From assembly GCA_963831745.1 (NCBI GenBank), contig CAWHRD010000002.1:275603-339602 (forward strand): 64,000 bases of DNA, read 5' to 3'. Every line of letters starts with the position of its first letter. The first letter of the stretch is position 1. A model generated the notes under the pieces. It saw only the letters and a program-made list of their open reading frames with translations, was not told the DNA's origin and made no database searches. Below, piece by piece: positions 17,161 to 26,646 of the stretch. The stretch comes from an uncultured Chloroflexia bacterium (GTDB taxonomy: Bacteria > Chloroflexota > Limnocylindria > Limnocylindrales > CSP1-4). The position numbers and the translations under genes are program-made.

Positions 17161-18018
17161 TCAGTACCCGACGGACGGCAGCCAGGCGCCCCGCGGCTCC
17201 TGGTAGATCCCCAGGGTCATCAGGTTCAGGACGAAGAAGACCCGCAGGCCGTGGGCCAGGCACCAGCGGAAGAGGTCGCCGTTGTCGAGGGGAACGAGGA
17301 ACCCCGGCGTGCCGAAGTCGTCCGCGGCGCCGATGAGCGCCCCGAGGTCGTCGTTCGTCTCGGCGACCGAGTGCCCGAAGTAGTGGACGCCGGTCGAGTA
17401 TGCGGTGATCCGGCCGAGGCGCTCGACGACCTTCGCCTTCCCGCCGGCGATCGACCCGCGCAGCTCGCCCGCCCGCGTGTGGCCGTGGACCCTCAGGCAG
17501 AGATCGTTGCAGGCCGCCTCGTCGGCCTCCGTGGCCGTGCGCACCGCGTACCCCGGGAAGTCCAGCTGGAGCGGCTCGCCGTGCATGGCGGCCAGCGTCG
17601 CCCGGACGTCCATCCCGAGCTTCGCGTACAGGCTCAGCGACCGGTTGTGGTACGAGATCTGGATCAAGCGTACGCCGGGGGTGCCGGTCTCCCTGGCCCG
17701 CTCCAGCATCGCGACCATCAGCGCGCGACCGACCCGGTGATCCTGCGCCGACGGGTCGACGCTGACCGGCCCGATCGCATTGATCGTCGAACGCTCGTCG
17801 AGGAACGAGCTGCCGGCGACGCGGCCGTCGACCTCCGCGACGATCCCGTGGAACCCCGGGTTGCCGACCAGGGCGCGCATGCTCCCGGTGGCGGCCTCGA
17901 CCGAGGGGAAGTCGTGTGGGAAGCCGTGCTCGTCTGCCACGCTCGCGAACGCGTCGTGCAGGATGCGCCCGCACTCGGGGATGTCGGCCGCCACCGCGCG
18001 GCGAAGGGTCACGTCCAT
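17161..18018 (-). CDS. GNAT acetyltransferase with C-terminal extension
   Basis: Internal ATG (MDVTLRRAVAADIPECGRILHDAF...). GNAT core GPVSVDPSAQDHRVGRALMVAMLERARETG...SLSLYAKLGM. The upstream 90 codons of the ORF are Arg-rich junk. Confidence 0.75.
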   Translation of the reverse strand: MDVTLRRAVAADIPECGRILHDAFASVADEHGFPHDFPSVEAATGSMRALVGNPGFHGIVAEVDGRVAGSSFLDERSTINAIGPVSVDPSAQDHRVGRALMVAMLERARETGTPGVRLIQISYHNRSLSLYAKLGMDVRATLAAMHGEPLQLDFPGYAVRTATEADEAACNDLCLRVHGHTRAGELRGSIAGGKAKVVERLGRITAYSTGVHYFGHSVAETNDDLGALIGAADDFGTPGFLVPLDNGDLFRWCLAHGLRVFFVLNLMTLGIYQEPRGAWLPSVGY

Positions 18019-18331
18019 GCGCACACCTCGGCTGTGCTCCAGGAGCGCCCCCGCGCTCGCCGATGATCGTATCGAGGCGCCCGTCGGCCCGCAACGCGAT
18101 CGGGTGCTCGCACGCGTGGGGCGGCGCAGGCGGCGCAGGCGGCGCAGAAGGCAGGCTCCGGGCGTGCTCCCGACGGCGGAGCGTGCCGGCACTCGCCTAT
18201 TCCGGGTGATGAGACCCCCTCCGTCCCGTGTACCATCAGCGCCGGCGTCGTGGACCCGCGGCGTCGCGTTCGTTGGTGAAGGTGCCATCGCCCCGAGATG
18301 CGGGCGCGGATGGCTGGGATGGAGGAGCTAC

Positions 18332-18805
18332 ATGAATCTCGGATCCATTCGGGAGGCGCTCGGGCGCCGGACCCTGCCCCTGGCGATCGTCGCCGTGGTC
18401 CCGGTCCTCTTCGCGGCCTGCAACCAGGTCGGCACGGCGACCCTGACCTTCTGGGACATCGTCTGGTCGATGGTCGTCTTCTTCTTCTGGTTCATGGCCA
18501 TCTGGATCTTCATCAGCCTGTTCGCCGACATCTTCCGGCGCAACGACCTGTCCGGCGGGATGAAGGCCGTCTGGCTGCTGTTCCTCATCTTCCTGCCCTT
18601 CCTCGGCGCGCTGATCTACATCGTCGCCCGGCCGAAGGTGACCCCCCAGGACCTCCAGATGATGGCCCAGTCGGAGGCCGCGGTGAAGGCAGCCTCGGGC
18701 GTGTCCGTTGCGGACCAGCTCGAGAAGCTCGCTCAGCTCCGCGATGCCGGCACCATCTCGGTCCCGGAGTACGAGCAGCTCAAGGCGAAGCTCCTGGCGC
18801 AGTAG
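18332..18805 (+). CDS. Membrane protein with PLD-nuclease-N-terminal-like TM domain and C-terminal SHOCT domain
   Basis: FWFMAIWIFISLFADIFRRNDLSGGMKAVWLLFLIFLPFLGALIYIVARP, then LEKLAQLRDAGTISVPEYEQLKAKLL (SHOCT). GGAGGAG RBS. Confidence 0.75.
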   Translation: MNLGSIREALGRRTLPLAIVAVVPVLFAACNQVGTATLTFWDIVWSMVVFFFWFMAIWIFISLFADIFRRNDLSGGMKAVWLLFLIFLPFLGALIYIVARPKVTPQDLQMMAQSEAAVKAASGVSVADQLEKLAQLRDAGTISVPEYEQLKAKLLAQ

Positions 18806-18819
18806 CCGCCGTTCACGCA

Positions 18820-18849
18820 GAAGGCCGGGGCCCTCGGGTCCCGGCCTTC
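18820..18849. terminator. Bidirectional stem-loop between convergent genes
   Basis: GAAGGCCGGG-gccctcgggt-CCCGGCCTTC, a perfect 10-bp stem, 15 nt after the stop of 18332..18805. No U tract. Confidence 0.55.
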
Positions 18850-18891
18850 GTGATTCCCGGGGATCGGCGCTCCCAGCCCGGAGGAGGTTCG

Positions 18892-19512
18892 CTACCCGGC
18901 GGCGCCGGCCGGAACGGGCGCGGGCGAGACCTCGGGTGCCGGCTCGAGCGGAGCGATCATCCAGTCCGCCTCCGGCGTGCCCGTCGCATCCGCGAGCGGC
19001 GCGAACGTCCCCGCGACGTCCGAGAGGCGGTGGAGCGCCAGGTACTTCGCCCCGATCCAGCGGGCAAACGCGCGACCCGCCGGCGTGAACTCCTCCACCT
19101 CGTCTCCCGGCACGATGCGCGGCTCGTCGAGCTCGTAGACCCGCTCGTGGAGCTGCATCCGGCAGTGGCCGGCCGCCATGACGTTCTGGACCCACTGCAC
19201 ATCGGCGCCGTAGGGCAACGGGATGTAGATGGTCGTGGCCGCGAGCCGCGGGTAGACCGGCGTGCGATGGATCACCCCGCTCACGCGGCCCACGTGCTCC
19301 AGCATCGCCCAGCGGCTGACCCGGCCGCCCACGAGCCCGAGGCGCGTGACCAGCGGGTCAAAGCGATGCGTGACGACATGGCGAACGGCCCCCGCCAGGT
19401 AGGCGCGGGGCTCCATCTCCGCCCCGTCCGCACGCCGCCGCAGGGCGACGATCCCGCCGGCGGCGCCGGCCGAGATCACCCCGAGGAGCAGGAAACGCGT
19501 CCTCCCGAGCAT
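18892..19512 (-). CDS. Nitroreductase-family deazaflavin (F420)-dependent oxidoreductase-like protein
   Basis: Internal ATG (MLGRTRFLLLGV...). GRVSGVIHRTPVYP...IPLPYGADVQWVQNVMAAGHCRMQ matches the F420H2-quinone reductase/DUF385 pattern from memory. Confidence 0.65.
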   Translation of the reverse strand: MLGRTRFLLLGVISAGAAGGIVALRRRADGAEMEPRAYLAGAVRHVVTHRFDPLVTRLGLVGGRVSRWAMLEHVGRVSGVIHRTPVYPRLAATTIYIPLPYGADVQWVQNVMAAGHCRMQLHERVYELDEPRIVPGDEVEEFTPAGRAFARWIGAKYLALHRLSDVAGTFAPLADATGTPEADWMIAPLEPAPEVSPAPVPAGAAG

Positions 19513-19623
19513 GTCATCATCCTCTCGTGGTGTCGCAACGAGCCTGCGGCGGCGGCCGGGAGTTGCCCAGTGCCGAAGGACAGGGGTGACGCCCGCCGCC
19601 ATGCCGGCGAAGGAGCGGCGACC

Positions 19624-21282
19624 CTACGCTGATCCCCCGCCGACGGTCGCGAGCACCAGCGCCTGCGCCTCTTCCAGGATCCGCCCGAGGTGCTCGTCGC
19701 CGCGGAAGCTCTCCGCGTAAAGCTTCGTGACGTTCTCGGTCCCCGATGGGCGGGCGGCGAACCAGCCCTCGGCCGTCACGACCTTGAGGCCGCCGATCGC
19801 GGCGCCGTTGCCGGGCGCGGTGGTGAGGATCGCGGTGATCGGGTCGCCCGCGAGCGTCGACGCCCGGACCGCGTCCGGCGTCAGCCTCCCGAGGGCGGCC
19901 TTCTGGGCCGGCGTGGCCGGAGCGTCGATCCGCCGGTAGGCGGGGCTGCCGAAGCGCTCCGTCAGCGCGCCGTAGGCCTCGGCCGGGTTGCGGCCGGTCC
20001 GGGCCGTCATCTCGGCGGCCAGGAGGCAGGCGATGATGCCGTCCTTGTCCGTGGTCCACGTGCCGCCTCCGCGCCGCAGGAACGAGGCGCCGGCGCTCTC
20101 CTCGCCCCCGAAGCCGATCGTGCCGTCGACGAGGCCGTCGACGAACCACTTGAAGCCGACCGGGACCTCGATGAGCCGCCGGCCGAGGTCGGCGACCACC
20201 CGGTCGATCATGCTCGACGAAACGAGGGTCTTCCCGACGGCGACGTCGCTCCCCCACCCCCGGCCGCCGCCGAAGAGGTAGGCGATCGCCGCCGCCAGGA
20301 AGTGGTTCGGGTTCATGAGCCCGGCGCCGGGCGTGACGATGCCGTGGCGGTCGGCGTCCGCGTCGTTGCCGAGGGCGAGGTCGAACTTGTCGCGCAGCGC
20401 CACGAGGCGGGCCATGGCGAAGCGCGACGACGGGTCCATCCGGATCCGGCCGTCCCAGTCGAGGGTCATGAAGCCGAATTGCGGGTCGACGGCGTCGTTG
20501 GTGACGGTCAGGTCGAGCCCGTATCGCCCCCCGATCGCGCCCCAGTAGTCGACCGCCGCGCCGCCCAGCGGGTCGACGCCGATCCGGAGGCCCGACGCCG
20601 CGATCGCCGCGAGGTCGACGACGTCGGCGAGGTCCCCGACGTAGGTCCCGACGAAGTCGTGGTCGGTCGCGGCCGCGCGCGCCCGCTCGAAGGGCACGCG
20701 GGCGATCCCGGCGAGCCCCGCGGAGCCGGCGGCCTCGAGGATCCGATTCGCCTCGTCCTGGATCGCTCGCGTGACGTCGGTGTCGGCGGGGCCGCCGTTC
20801 GGGGGGTTGTACTTGAAGCCGCCGTCCTCGGGCGGGTTGTGGGACGGGGTGACGACGATGCCGTCCGCGAGGCCGTCGCGGCGCCCGCGGTTGGCGACGA
20901 GGATCGCGTGCGAGATCGCCGGGGTCGGGGTGAAGCCGTCGGCGGCGTCGACGCGGACGTCGACCCCGTTGGCCACGAGGACCTCCAGGGCCGTCTGGAA
21001 GGCCGGCTCGGAGAGGGCGTGCGTGTCGCGCCCGAGGAAGAGCGGGCCGGTGTAGCCCTGCGCGGCCCGGTAGCGGCAGATCGCCTCGGTCGTGGCGAGG
21101 ATGTGCGCCTCGTTGAACGCCGCGCGGAAGGCCGACCCGCGGTGGCCGGACGTCCCGAAGGCGACCCGCTGGGTGGGGTCGGAGGGGTCGGGCCGCAGGT
21201 CGTGGTAGGCCCGGAGGAGCGCGTCGACGTCGACGAGCTCGGATGGATCAGCCGGCAGTCCGGCGCGCGGGCTCTGGGTCAT
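19624..21282 (-). CDS. pgm: Phosphoglucomutase (alpha-D-glucose phosphate-specific)
   Basis: 552 aa. Active-site GTSGHRG, metal loop [10 protein letters not shown], sugar-binding GGEESAG. Confidence 0.92.
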   Translation of the reverse strand: MTQSPRAGLPADPSELVDVDALLRAYHDLRPDPSDPTQRVAFGTSGHRGSAFRAAFNEAHILATTEAICRYRAAQGYTGPLFLGRDTHALSEPAFQTALEVLVANGVDVRVDAADGFTPTPAISHAILVANRGRRDGLADGIVVTPSHNPPEDGGFKYNPPNGGPADTDVTRAIQDEANRILEAAGSAGLAGIARVPFERARAAATDHDFVGTYVGDLADVVDLAAIAASGLRIGVDPLGGAAVDYWGAIGGRYGLDLTVTNDAVDPQFGFMTLDWDGRIRMDPSSRFAMARLVALRDKFDLALGNDADADRHGIVTPGAGLMNPNHFLAAAIAYLFGGGRGWGSDVAVGKTLVSSSMIDRVVADLGRRLIEVPVGFKWFVDGLVDGTIGFGGEESAGASFLRRGGGTWTTDKDGIIACLLAAEMTARTGRNPAEAYGALTERFGSPAYRRIDAPATPAQKAALGRLTPDAVRASTLAGDPITAILTTAPGNGAAIGGLKVVTAEGWFAARPSGTENVTKLYAESFRGDEHLGRILEEAQALVLATVGGGSA

Positions 21283-21365
21283 CGGGGGCCTCGCGGGTTC
21301 CGTCAGGTGCGATCGGCGACCGCCGCCGTCACGATAGCGCGGCCCGCGCGCTGGTGGAGAGAGAC

Positions 21366-21398
21366 GGGGCCCGGCCGGGTGTGAGACGGCCGGGCCCC
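21366..21398 (-). terminator. Stem-loop downstream of gdh
   Basis: GGGGCCCGGCCG-ggtgtgaga-CGGCCGGGCCCC, a perfect 12-bp stem, 14 nt after the gdh stop (21412). Confidence 0.6.
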
Positions 21399-21411
21399 CG
21401 GGCAGGGAGGA

Positions 21412-22773
21412 TCAGGGATAGAGGCCGCGCAGGAGCGTCGCCTCGGCGACGCGCTCGACCGCGATGGCGTGGGCCGCCCGGCGCGGCTCGATGCCGTCGG
21501 CCGCGGCGCGCTCCCAGACGTTCGCGGCGGCGTCGAGGATCGCCTCGCGGAGCCGGCCGTTGATGATCTTGGGCGCCCAGAACAGGAAGTCGCGGTTCTG
21601 GACCCACTCGAAGTAGCTGACGATCACGCCGCCGGCGTTGCACAGGATGTCGGGGACGACCACGACCCCGTTCTCCCGCAGGATCGGGTCGGCGTCGGGC
21701 GTCGTGGGGCCGTTGGCGCCCTCGGCGAGGATGCGGGCCCGCACGCGTCCCGCGTTCGCGCTCGTGACCTGGCCCTCGAGGGCGGCCAGGACGAGCACGT
21801 CGACGTCGAGCCCGAAGAGGGCCTCGTTGTCGATCGGCTCGGTGCCCGGAGCATCCGCGATCGTGCCGCGCTCCCGCATGAGGCGTCGGAGCTCGGGGAC
21901 GTCGAGCCCGGACTCGCGGTAGCAGCCTCCGCCGATGTCCGTGATCGCCACGACCCGGGCACCCGCCTCGTGCAGGATCCGCGCGGTCGCCTCGCCGACG
22001 TTGCCGTAGCCCTGGACGGCGACGGTGGCGCCCTCGAGCGCGAACCCGATGCGCCGGGCGGCATCCTCGATCGTGTAGACGACGCCCTGCCCGGTCGCGT
22101 CGGCGCGGCCGTTCGAGCCGCCGATCGCCACCGGCTTGCCGGTCACGACGCCGGGCACCGAGTAGCCCCGGTGCATCGACACCGTGTCCATGATCCAGGC
22201 CATCGTCTGGGCGTTGGTGCCCACGTCCGGCGCCGGGATGTCGGAGTCGGGTCCGATGAGGGGCCGGAGCTCGGTGGCGAAGCGCCGGGTGAGCGCCTCG
22301 ATCTCCCTGGCGCTCATCGTGCGCGGGTTGCAGGCCACGCCGCCCTTCGCGCCGCCGAACGGGACGTTGACGAGGGCGCACTTCCAGGTCATCCACATGG
22401 CCAGGGCGCGGACCTCGTCGAGGTCGGTCGAGGGGTGGTAGCGAAGCCCGCCCTTGGCCGGCCCGCGGGCCATGTTGTGCTGGACCCGGAAGCCGGTGAA
22501 CACGTGCGTCCGCCCGTCGTCGAGCCGCACCGGGAAGCGGACCGTGAACTCGCGCTGCGGCACCCGGAGGATCTCGCGGATCCCGTCGTCGAGGGCCAGG
22601 TGGTCGGCCGCCGCGTCGAACTGGCTCAGTGCCGCGGCCAGCGCGCCCGCGCCCGGGGAGGAGGCCGGAGGCACCGCGCCCGGGCTCGCAGAGGAGGCCG
22701 AGGGTGCCGGGTCCGCGCCCGGGGAGGAGTCCGGCGCGCCGACGACGGGCGGCCGGGTGGGGGTCTCGATCAT
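21412..22773 (-). CDS. gdh: Glutamate dehydrogenase (Glu/Leu/Phe/Val dehydrogenase family)
   Basis: Catalytic Lys region PFGGAKGG, Rossmann VAVQGYGNVG. Start set to MIETPTRPP (22773); the ORF track start at 22827 is possible. Confidence 0.9.
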   Translation of the reverse strand: MIETPTRPPVVGAPDSSPGADPAPSASSASPGAVPPASSPGAGALAAALSQFDAAADHLALDDGIREILRVPQREFTVRFPVRLDDGRTHVFTGFRVQHNMARGPAKGGLRYHPSTDLDEVRALAMWMTWKCALVNVPFGGAKGGVACNPRTMSAREIEALTRRFATELRPLIGPDSDIPAPDVGTNAQTMAWIMDTVSMHRGYSVPGVVTGKPVAIGGSNGRADATGQGVVYTIEDAARRIGFALEGATVAVQGYGNVGEATARILHEAGARVVAITDIGGGCYRESGLDVPELRRLMRERGTIADAPGTEPIDNEALFGLDVDVLVLAALEGQVTSANAGRVRARILAEGANGPTTPDADPILRENGVVVVPDILCNAGGVIVSYFEWVQNRDFLFWAPKIINGRLREAILDAAANVWERAAADGIEPRRAAHAIAVERVAEATLLRGLYP

Positions 22774-22856
22774 GGGTGGCTCCGGTGTCGCTCGCGCGGC
22801 CGGCGCATGCCGGCACGGTCCGCTCACCCAAGCCTCGCGCCCCGGGACGAACAGGA

Positions 22857-22957
22857 GGGGGGACGTCCATGAACGCCGCGTGAAAAGTTGCGGAACGGAG
22901 GCGGACTGGGTGCGGCAAGGTCGCGAACGTTCACGATCCGTTCATGGACGTTCCCCG
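22857..22957. promoter_or_regulatory. Long imperfect inverted repeat in the gdh / Cys-rich-gene divergent intergenic region
   Basis: GGGGGGACGTCCATGAACG (22857-22875) vs CGTTCATGGACGTTCCCCG (22939-22957), 17/19 complementary. It extends inward through GCGTGAA / TTCACGA. The internal palindrome GAACGTTC lies at about 22925. Confidence 0.5.
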
Positions 22958-23010
22958 GGTGGTTCAGGGCGCCGCTCCAGCATGGCGAGCGTTGATCCGC
23001 CATCGACAGG

Positions 23011-23041
23011 GATGTGCCCGGGGTCTCGCCCCGGGCACATC
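23011..23041 (+). promoter_or_regulatory. Perfect 13-bp stem-loop immediately upstream of the RBS of the Cys-rich gene
   Basis: GATGTGCCCGGGG-tctcg-CCCCGGGCACATC. It ends 17 nt before the ATG at 23059 and 8 nt before GAGGAG. Confidence 0.6.
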
Positions 23042-23058
23042 CGCCAGCGAGGAGCCCC

Positions 23059-23361
23059 ATGGCCACGCAGCCCGACTTCATCTGCGCCACCTGTGACGTG
23101 ACCATCACGCATCACCCGACGTTCCACCTCGGCCTGGCCTTCTGCTGTGCCGGATGCGCGGCCGACGGCCCGTGCATGTGCTCGTACGACGTCGAGGACC
23201 AGCTGCCGCTGGCGGCTCCCGCGCCCGCGCTCGTCGCAAGGCCGCGCCCCGAGCCCGCCATGGCTCCGGTCGCACGCCCCGTCGTCAGGACCCCGCGCCC
23301 CGAGCGCGCCCCCGTGCCCGCCGCGGAGACCGCTCCCGTCCTCGCCGCCGCGCGACGGTGA
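23059..23361 (+). CDS. Small Cys/His-rich putative metal-binding protein with Pro/Ala-rich tail
   Basis: MATQPDFICATCDVTITHHPTFHLGLAFCCAGCAADGPCMCSY has the pattern C-x2-C-x16-C-x3-C (TRASH/zf-like spacing) plus CxC, giving 7 Cys and 3 His in 45 residues. GAGGAG RBS. Confidence 0.6.
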   Translation: MATQPDFICATCDVTITHHPTFHLGLAFCCAGCAADGPCMCSYDVEDQLPLAAPAPALVARPRPEPAMAPVARPVVRTPRPERAPVPAAETAPVLAAARR

Positions 23362-23433
23362 CGGCCCCCGGTCCGTCCTGACCTCGCGAGGTTGCTGCCG
23401 GTGGCCCTCCAGCGGGCGTATCCTCGGGTCGTG

Positions 23434-24444
23434 ATGTTCGCCGCCGACCCGTCGATCGCGCCGGGCGGATCGCCGTCGCCCCTGGCCGGCGCAGCCCTCG
23501 CCCTGGTCCACGAGGGGGCGACGTCCTCCACGCTCGCCGAGCGCTTCAGGGCAGCCGGCGCCGAGATCGACGTCGCCCACGCGAGGACCCTGCTCCGCGA
23601 GCTCGCCCGGCTGGGGCTCGTGCGCGTCGCCCGGCACGACGGCGAGGATCGCGTCCACGTCCTGACCAGCCTCGGGCACCAGGTGCTGGGGGGCAGCCTG
23701 ATCGGCGACGCCGGCCTCGTGGCCCACATGGCCGAGCTGGAACGGCTGCGGACGGACCTCCTCTCGACCATCGCCCACGAGCTGCGGACCCCGCTGACCG
23801 CGATCCGAACGTGCGTCGGCGTGCTGCGCGATCCCGAGACGGCGCCGAGCGACGCCCAGGGCGAGACGCTCCTCGCGACGATCGAGCGGAACGCCGACCG
23901 GATGCAGCGGGTCGTGGGCGACATCCTCGAGATCGCCCGCTTCCGGACCGGCCAGGTCGTGCTCCAGCTGCGTCGCTTCGACGCGCTCGAGCTGACGAGG
24001 GGCGCGATCGCGTCCGTGGCGCCGCTGGCGGCCACGCGGCACCAGGAGATCACGCTGCGGCCGCCCGTCGGCGCGATCCGCGTGTTCGGCGACCATCGGC
24101 GCCTGGAGCAGGCCCTGGTCAACCTTCTCTCGAACGCGGTGAAGTACGGGCCGGCGGGCGGCCGGATCGTGGTCCGGCTGCGCCTCGACGCGGACCAGGT
24201 GACGTGGTCGGTGCGCGACGACGGCCCCGGCATCTCGGCGGCGGACCAGGTGCACCTCTTCGAGCGGTTCTTCGTCGGGCCGAACGACCGGGACGGCGGC
24301 CCCCGCGGCGTCGGTCTCGGGCTCCCGACCGCCCTCGCCATCGCGCAGGCGCACGGCGGCCGGATCGACGTCGAGAGCGCGCCCGGGGAGGGCAGCACCT
24401 TCACGCTGGTCGTGCCGCGCGACGGCCCGCACGACTCCGACTGA
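23434..24444 (+). CDS. Soluble sensor histidine kinase with N-terminal winged-helix-like domain
   Basis: H-box STIAHELRTPLTAI, N-box LLSNAVKYG, G1 DDGPGI, G2 GVGLGL. No TM segment. The N-terminal ~90 aa resemble a MarR/ArsR-type wHTH (TLLRELARLGLVRVARHDGEDRVHVLTSLG). Confidence 0.85.
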   Translation: MFAADPSIAPGGSPSPLAGAALALVHEGATSSTLAERFRAAGAEIDVAHARTLLRELARLGLVRVARHDGEDRVHVLTSLGHQVLGGSLIGDAGLVAHMAELERLRTDLLSTIAHELRTPLTAIRTCVGVLRDPETAPSDAQGETLLATIERNADRMQRVVGDILEIARFRTGQVVLQLRRFDALELTRGAIASVAPLAATRHQEITLRPPVGAIRVFGDHRRLEQALVNLLSNAVKYGPAGGRIVVRLRLDADQVTWSVRDDGPGISAADQVHLFERFFVGPNDRDGGPRGVGLGLPTALAIAQAHGGRIDVESAPGEGSTFTLVVPRDGPHDSD

Positions 24445-24448
24445 GCCG

Positions 24449-25144
24449 ATGCGGATCCTCGTCGTCGACGACGCCCCCGACGTCGTGGAATCCGTGCGAC
24501 TCGGGTTCATGCTCCAGTGGCGCGATATCGAAGTCCTGGGAGCCGCGACTGGCGAGGAGGCGCTCGACGTCGTGGAGGCCCAGCGCCCGGACGTCGTGCT
24601 GCTCGACGTCGGCCTGCCGGGCATGGACGGCTTCGGCGTCCTGCGCGAGATCCGGGTGTTCTCGGACGTCCCGGTGCTCATGCTCACCGCCCGCGACGAT
24701 GCGATGGACAAGGTCAAGGGCCTCGAGCTGGGTGCCGACGACTACGTCACCAAGCCGTTCAACCACCTGGAGCTGATGGCCCGCGTGCGGGCCGTCCTGC
24801 GGCGCCACGAGATGCCGCCGCCCACGAGTCGTGCGCCGTCGTTCCGGGCGCACGACCTGGAGGTGGACTTCGCCGCGCAGGAGGCGCGCCTGCGGGGCGT
24901 GCGGCTCGAGCTCACGCCGACCGAGTACAAGCTGCTGTACCACCTCGTCCGGAACGCCGGCCACGTCCTCCAGCACGGCACGCTCCTCGCAAAGGTGTGG
25001 GGCCGCGAGTACATGGACGAGGTGGACTACCTGCGGGTCTACGTCCGGCGGCTGCGCGACAAGCTCGACGACGATCCGGATCAGCCGCGCTACATCCGCA
25101 CCGAGCGCGGGCTGGGCTACCGCTTCATCGCCGGGGCCGGCTGA
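24449..25144 (+). CDS. OmpR-family response regulator
   Basis: Receiver (ILVVDD, VLLDVGLPGMDG, TARD) plus wHTH output (LTPTEYKLLYHL, IRTERGLGYRF). Confidence 0.92.
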   Translation: MRILVVDDAPDVVESVRLGFMLQWRDIEVLGAATGEEALDVVEAQRPDVVLLDVGLPGMDGFGVLREIRVFSDVPVLMLTARDDAMDKVKGLELGADDYVTKPFNHLELMARVRAVLRRHEMPPPTSRAPSFRAHDLEVDFAAQEARLRGVRLELTPTEYKLLYHLVRNAGHVLQHGTLLAKVWGREYMDEVDYLRVYVRRLRDKLDDDPDQPRYIRTERGLGYRFIAGAG

Positions 25145-25273
25145 GCGGGCGGCGAGCGGGCGGCTGAGCGGGCTTCCGAGCGGGACGCGACCCGGCGAGC
25201 CGCGGCCCGCTACGGGAGAAGTCCGTCACGGGGGCGCCGCCACCGAGGGAGCGCCGCTACGGGAGCAGCGCCG

Positions 25274-26557
25274 CTACGGGAGCAGCGCCGCCACGGTGCC
25301 CGCCAACGCCTCGTCGGAGGTCGCGATCACGACCACCGCTTCCCCGGAGGCCCGGACGTACGAGACGGGTCCGTCGGCGCCGTAGGAGACCTTCGTCAGC
25401 TCCCGACCGCCGAGCGTCACCGTCGACGTGCTCACGCCGGGCGACGACCCCGAGAGCCAGGTGCTGACGATCACGGGGCCCAGCTCGGTCGCCGGCATGC
25501 CCACGATGCGGAAGGCCACGAGGTAGCAATCGAGGGTGCCGGTCTCGTCGTAGGCCTGCGCGAGCTGGAGGTCGGCCGGCGTCTTGCCCAGGGTCTCGAG
25601 CGCGGCGATCATGGCCCTGCCGGAGGTGTCGTTGCCGAGGACGTCGGTGCCGATCGCGCTGCCGCTCGTGAGCGGCGTGCCGTCGATGGCGTCCGGCAAC
25701 AGCGCCAGGAGCTCCGGGGCGGCCGGGCTGGGCTCCGGGCTCCCGCTCGCGACCGCGGCCTCGGTGGGCGTGGGCTCGGCGCTCGTCGCGGGAGCCGTGG
25801 GCTCGCCGCTGGTCGCGGGTGCCGTGGGCGATGTCCCGGCGGTAGCGATCGGCGAGGTCCCGGCGGTCGCCGACGCCGCGGGGCTCGCGGGGCTCGCGGG
25901 AGCAGCGGCCACCCCGGAGACGGCCCGGTCCATCGCCGCGGCCACGGCCTGCGCCCCTGCCTCCAGGTCGGCAGCGTCCACGGCGCCGGACGGTGCCACG
26001 GAGGCGACCAGCCCGCCGCGGCGGAACTGGATCAGCGTCGTCGACGCGGTCGCATCCTCCAGCGCATAGCCGCCGTCCCCGAGGTCGGTCCGAGCCACGA
26101 CAGCCTGGCCGGCGGCCTCGGCCGCGGCGCGCGACCGGTCGAGCGCCGCGGCGGCATCCGCGGCGTAGCAGCTGACGGCCACGTAGATGGTCGGCGTGCC
26201 CGTCGTGTCGCCGGCGGGCACCGGTCCCACGAGCGACGCCCCGAGGCCGTCGGGGTCCACCTGCGTTCTCCCGACGGTCCATCCGGCCGGCAGGTCGGCC
26301 GGGGCCGGCGCGGCGTTCCAGGCGGTGGCCCGGCAGGATCCACCGCCTGATCCGGCGAGGGCAACGATGGCGACGACAAGGCCGAGCCCGGCCGTCGCGA
26401 GCGCCCCGACCCCGAGACGCAGGGCCCGCCGCGCGGTCGGGCTCGCGACCGGCGAGTCCGGCGGGTCCGCCGGGGGCGCCGCGGGATCCGGGTCGACCTG
26501 GGAAGAGGGGCGCGACGAGGCAGGCCCGTGCCGTTGGCTGGTCATCGCGCGAAGCAT
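25274..26557 (-). CDS. Hypothetical membrane-anchored extracytoplasmic protein
   Basis: N-terminal TM (LRLGVGALATAGLGLVVAIVALAG), two globular segments, and a low-complexity ATAGTSP/TAPATSxEPT linker. The start could be 26557 or 26545. Confidence 0.6.
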   Translation of the reverse strand: MLRAMTSQRHGPASSRPSSQVDPDPAAPPADPPDSPVASPTARRALRLGVGALATAGLGLVVAIVALAGSGGGSCRATAWNAAPAPADLPAGWTVGRTQVDPDGLGASLVGPVPAGDTTGTPTIYVAVSCYAADAAAALDRSRAAAEAAGQAVVARTDLGDGGYALEDATASTTLIQFRRGGLVASVAPSGAVDAADLEAGAQAVAAAMDRAVSGVAAAPASPASPAASATAGTSPIATAGTSPTAPATSGEPTAPATSAEPTPTEAAVASGSPEPSPAAPELLALLPDAIDGTPLTSGSAIGTDVLGNDTSGRAMIAALETLGKTPADLQLAQAYDETGTLDCYLVAFRIVGMPATELGPVIVSTWLSGSSPGVSTSTVTLGGRELTKVSYGADGPVSYVRASGEAVVVIATSDEALAGTVAALLP

Positions 26558-26646
26558 ACGGCCGCTTTCTGCAACGTTCCTGAAGGGCGCCCCGGCGCCG
26601 GACGCCGCTGGTCCGGCGCCCAATCCCACACTGCGCTACTGTACGA

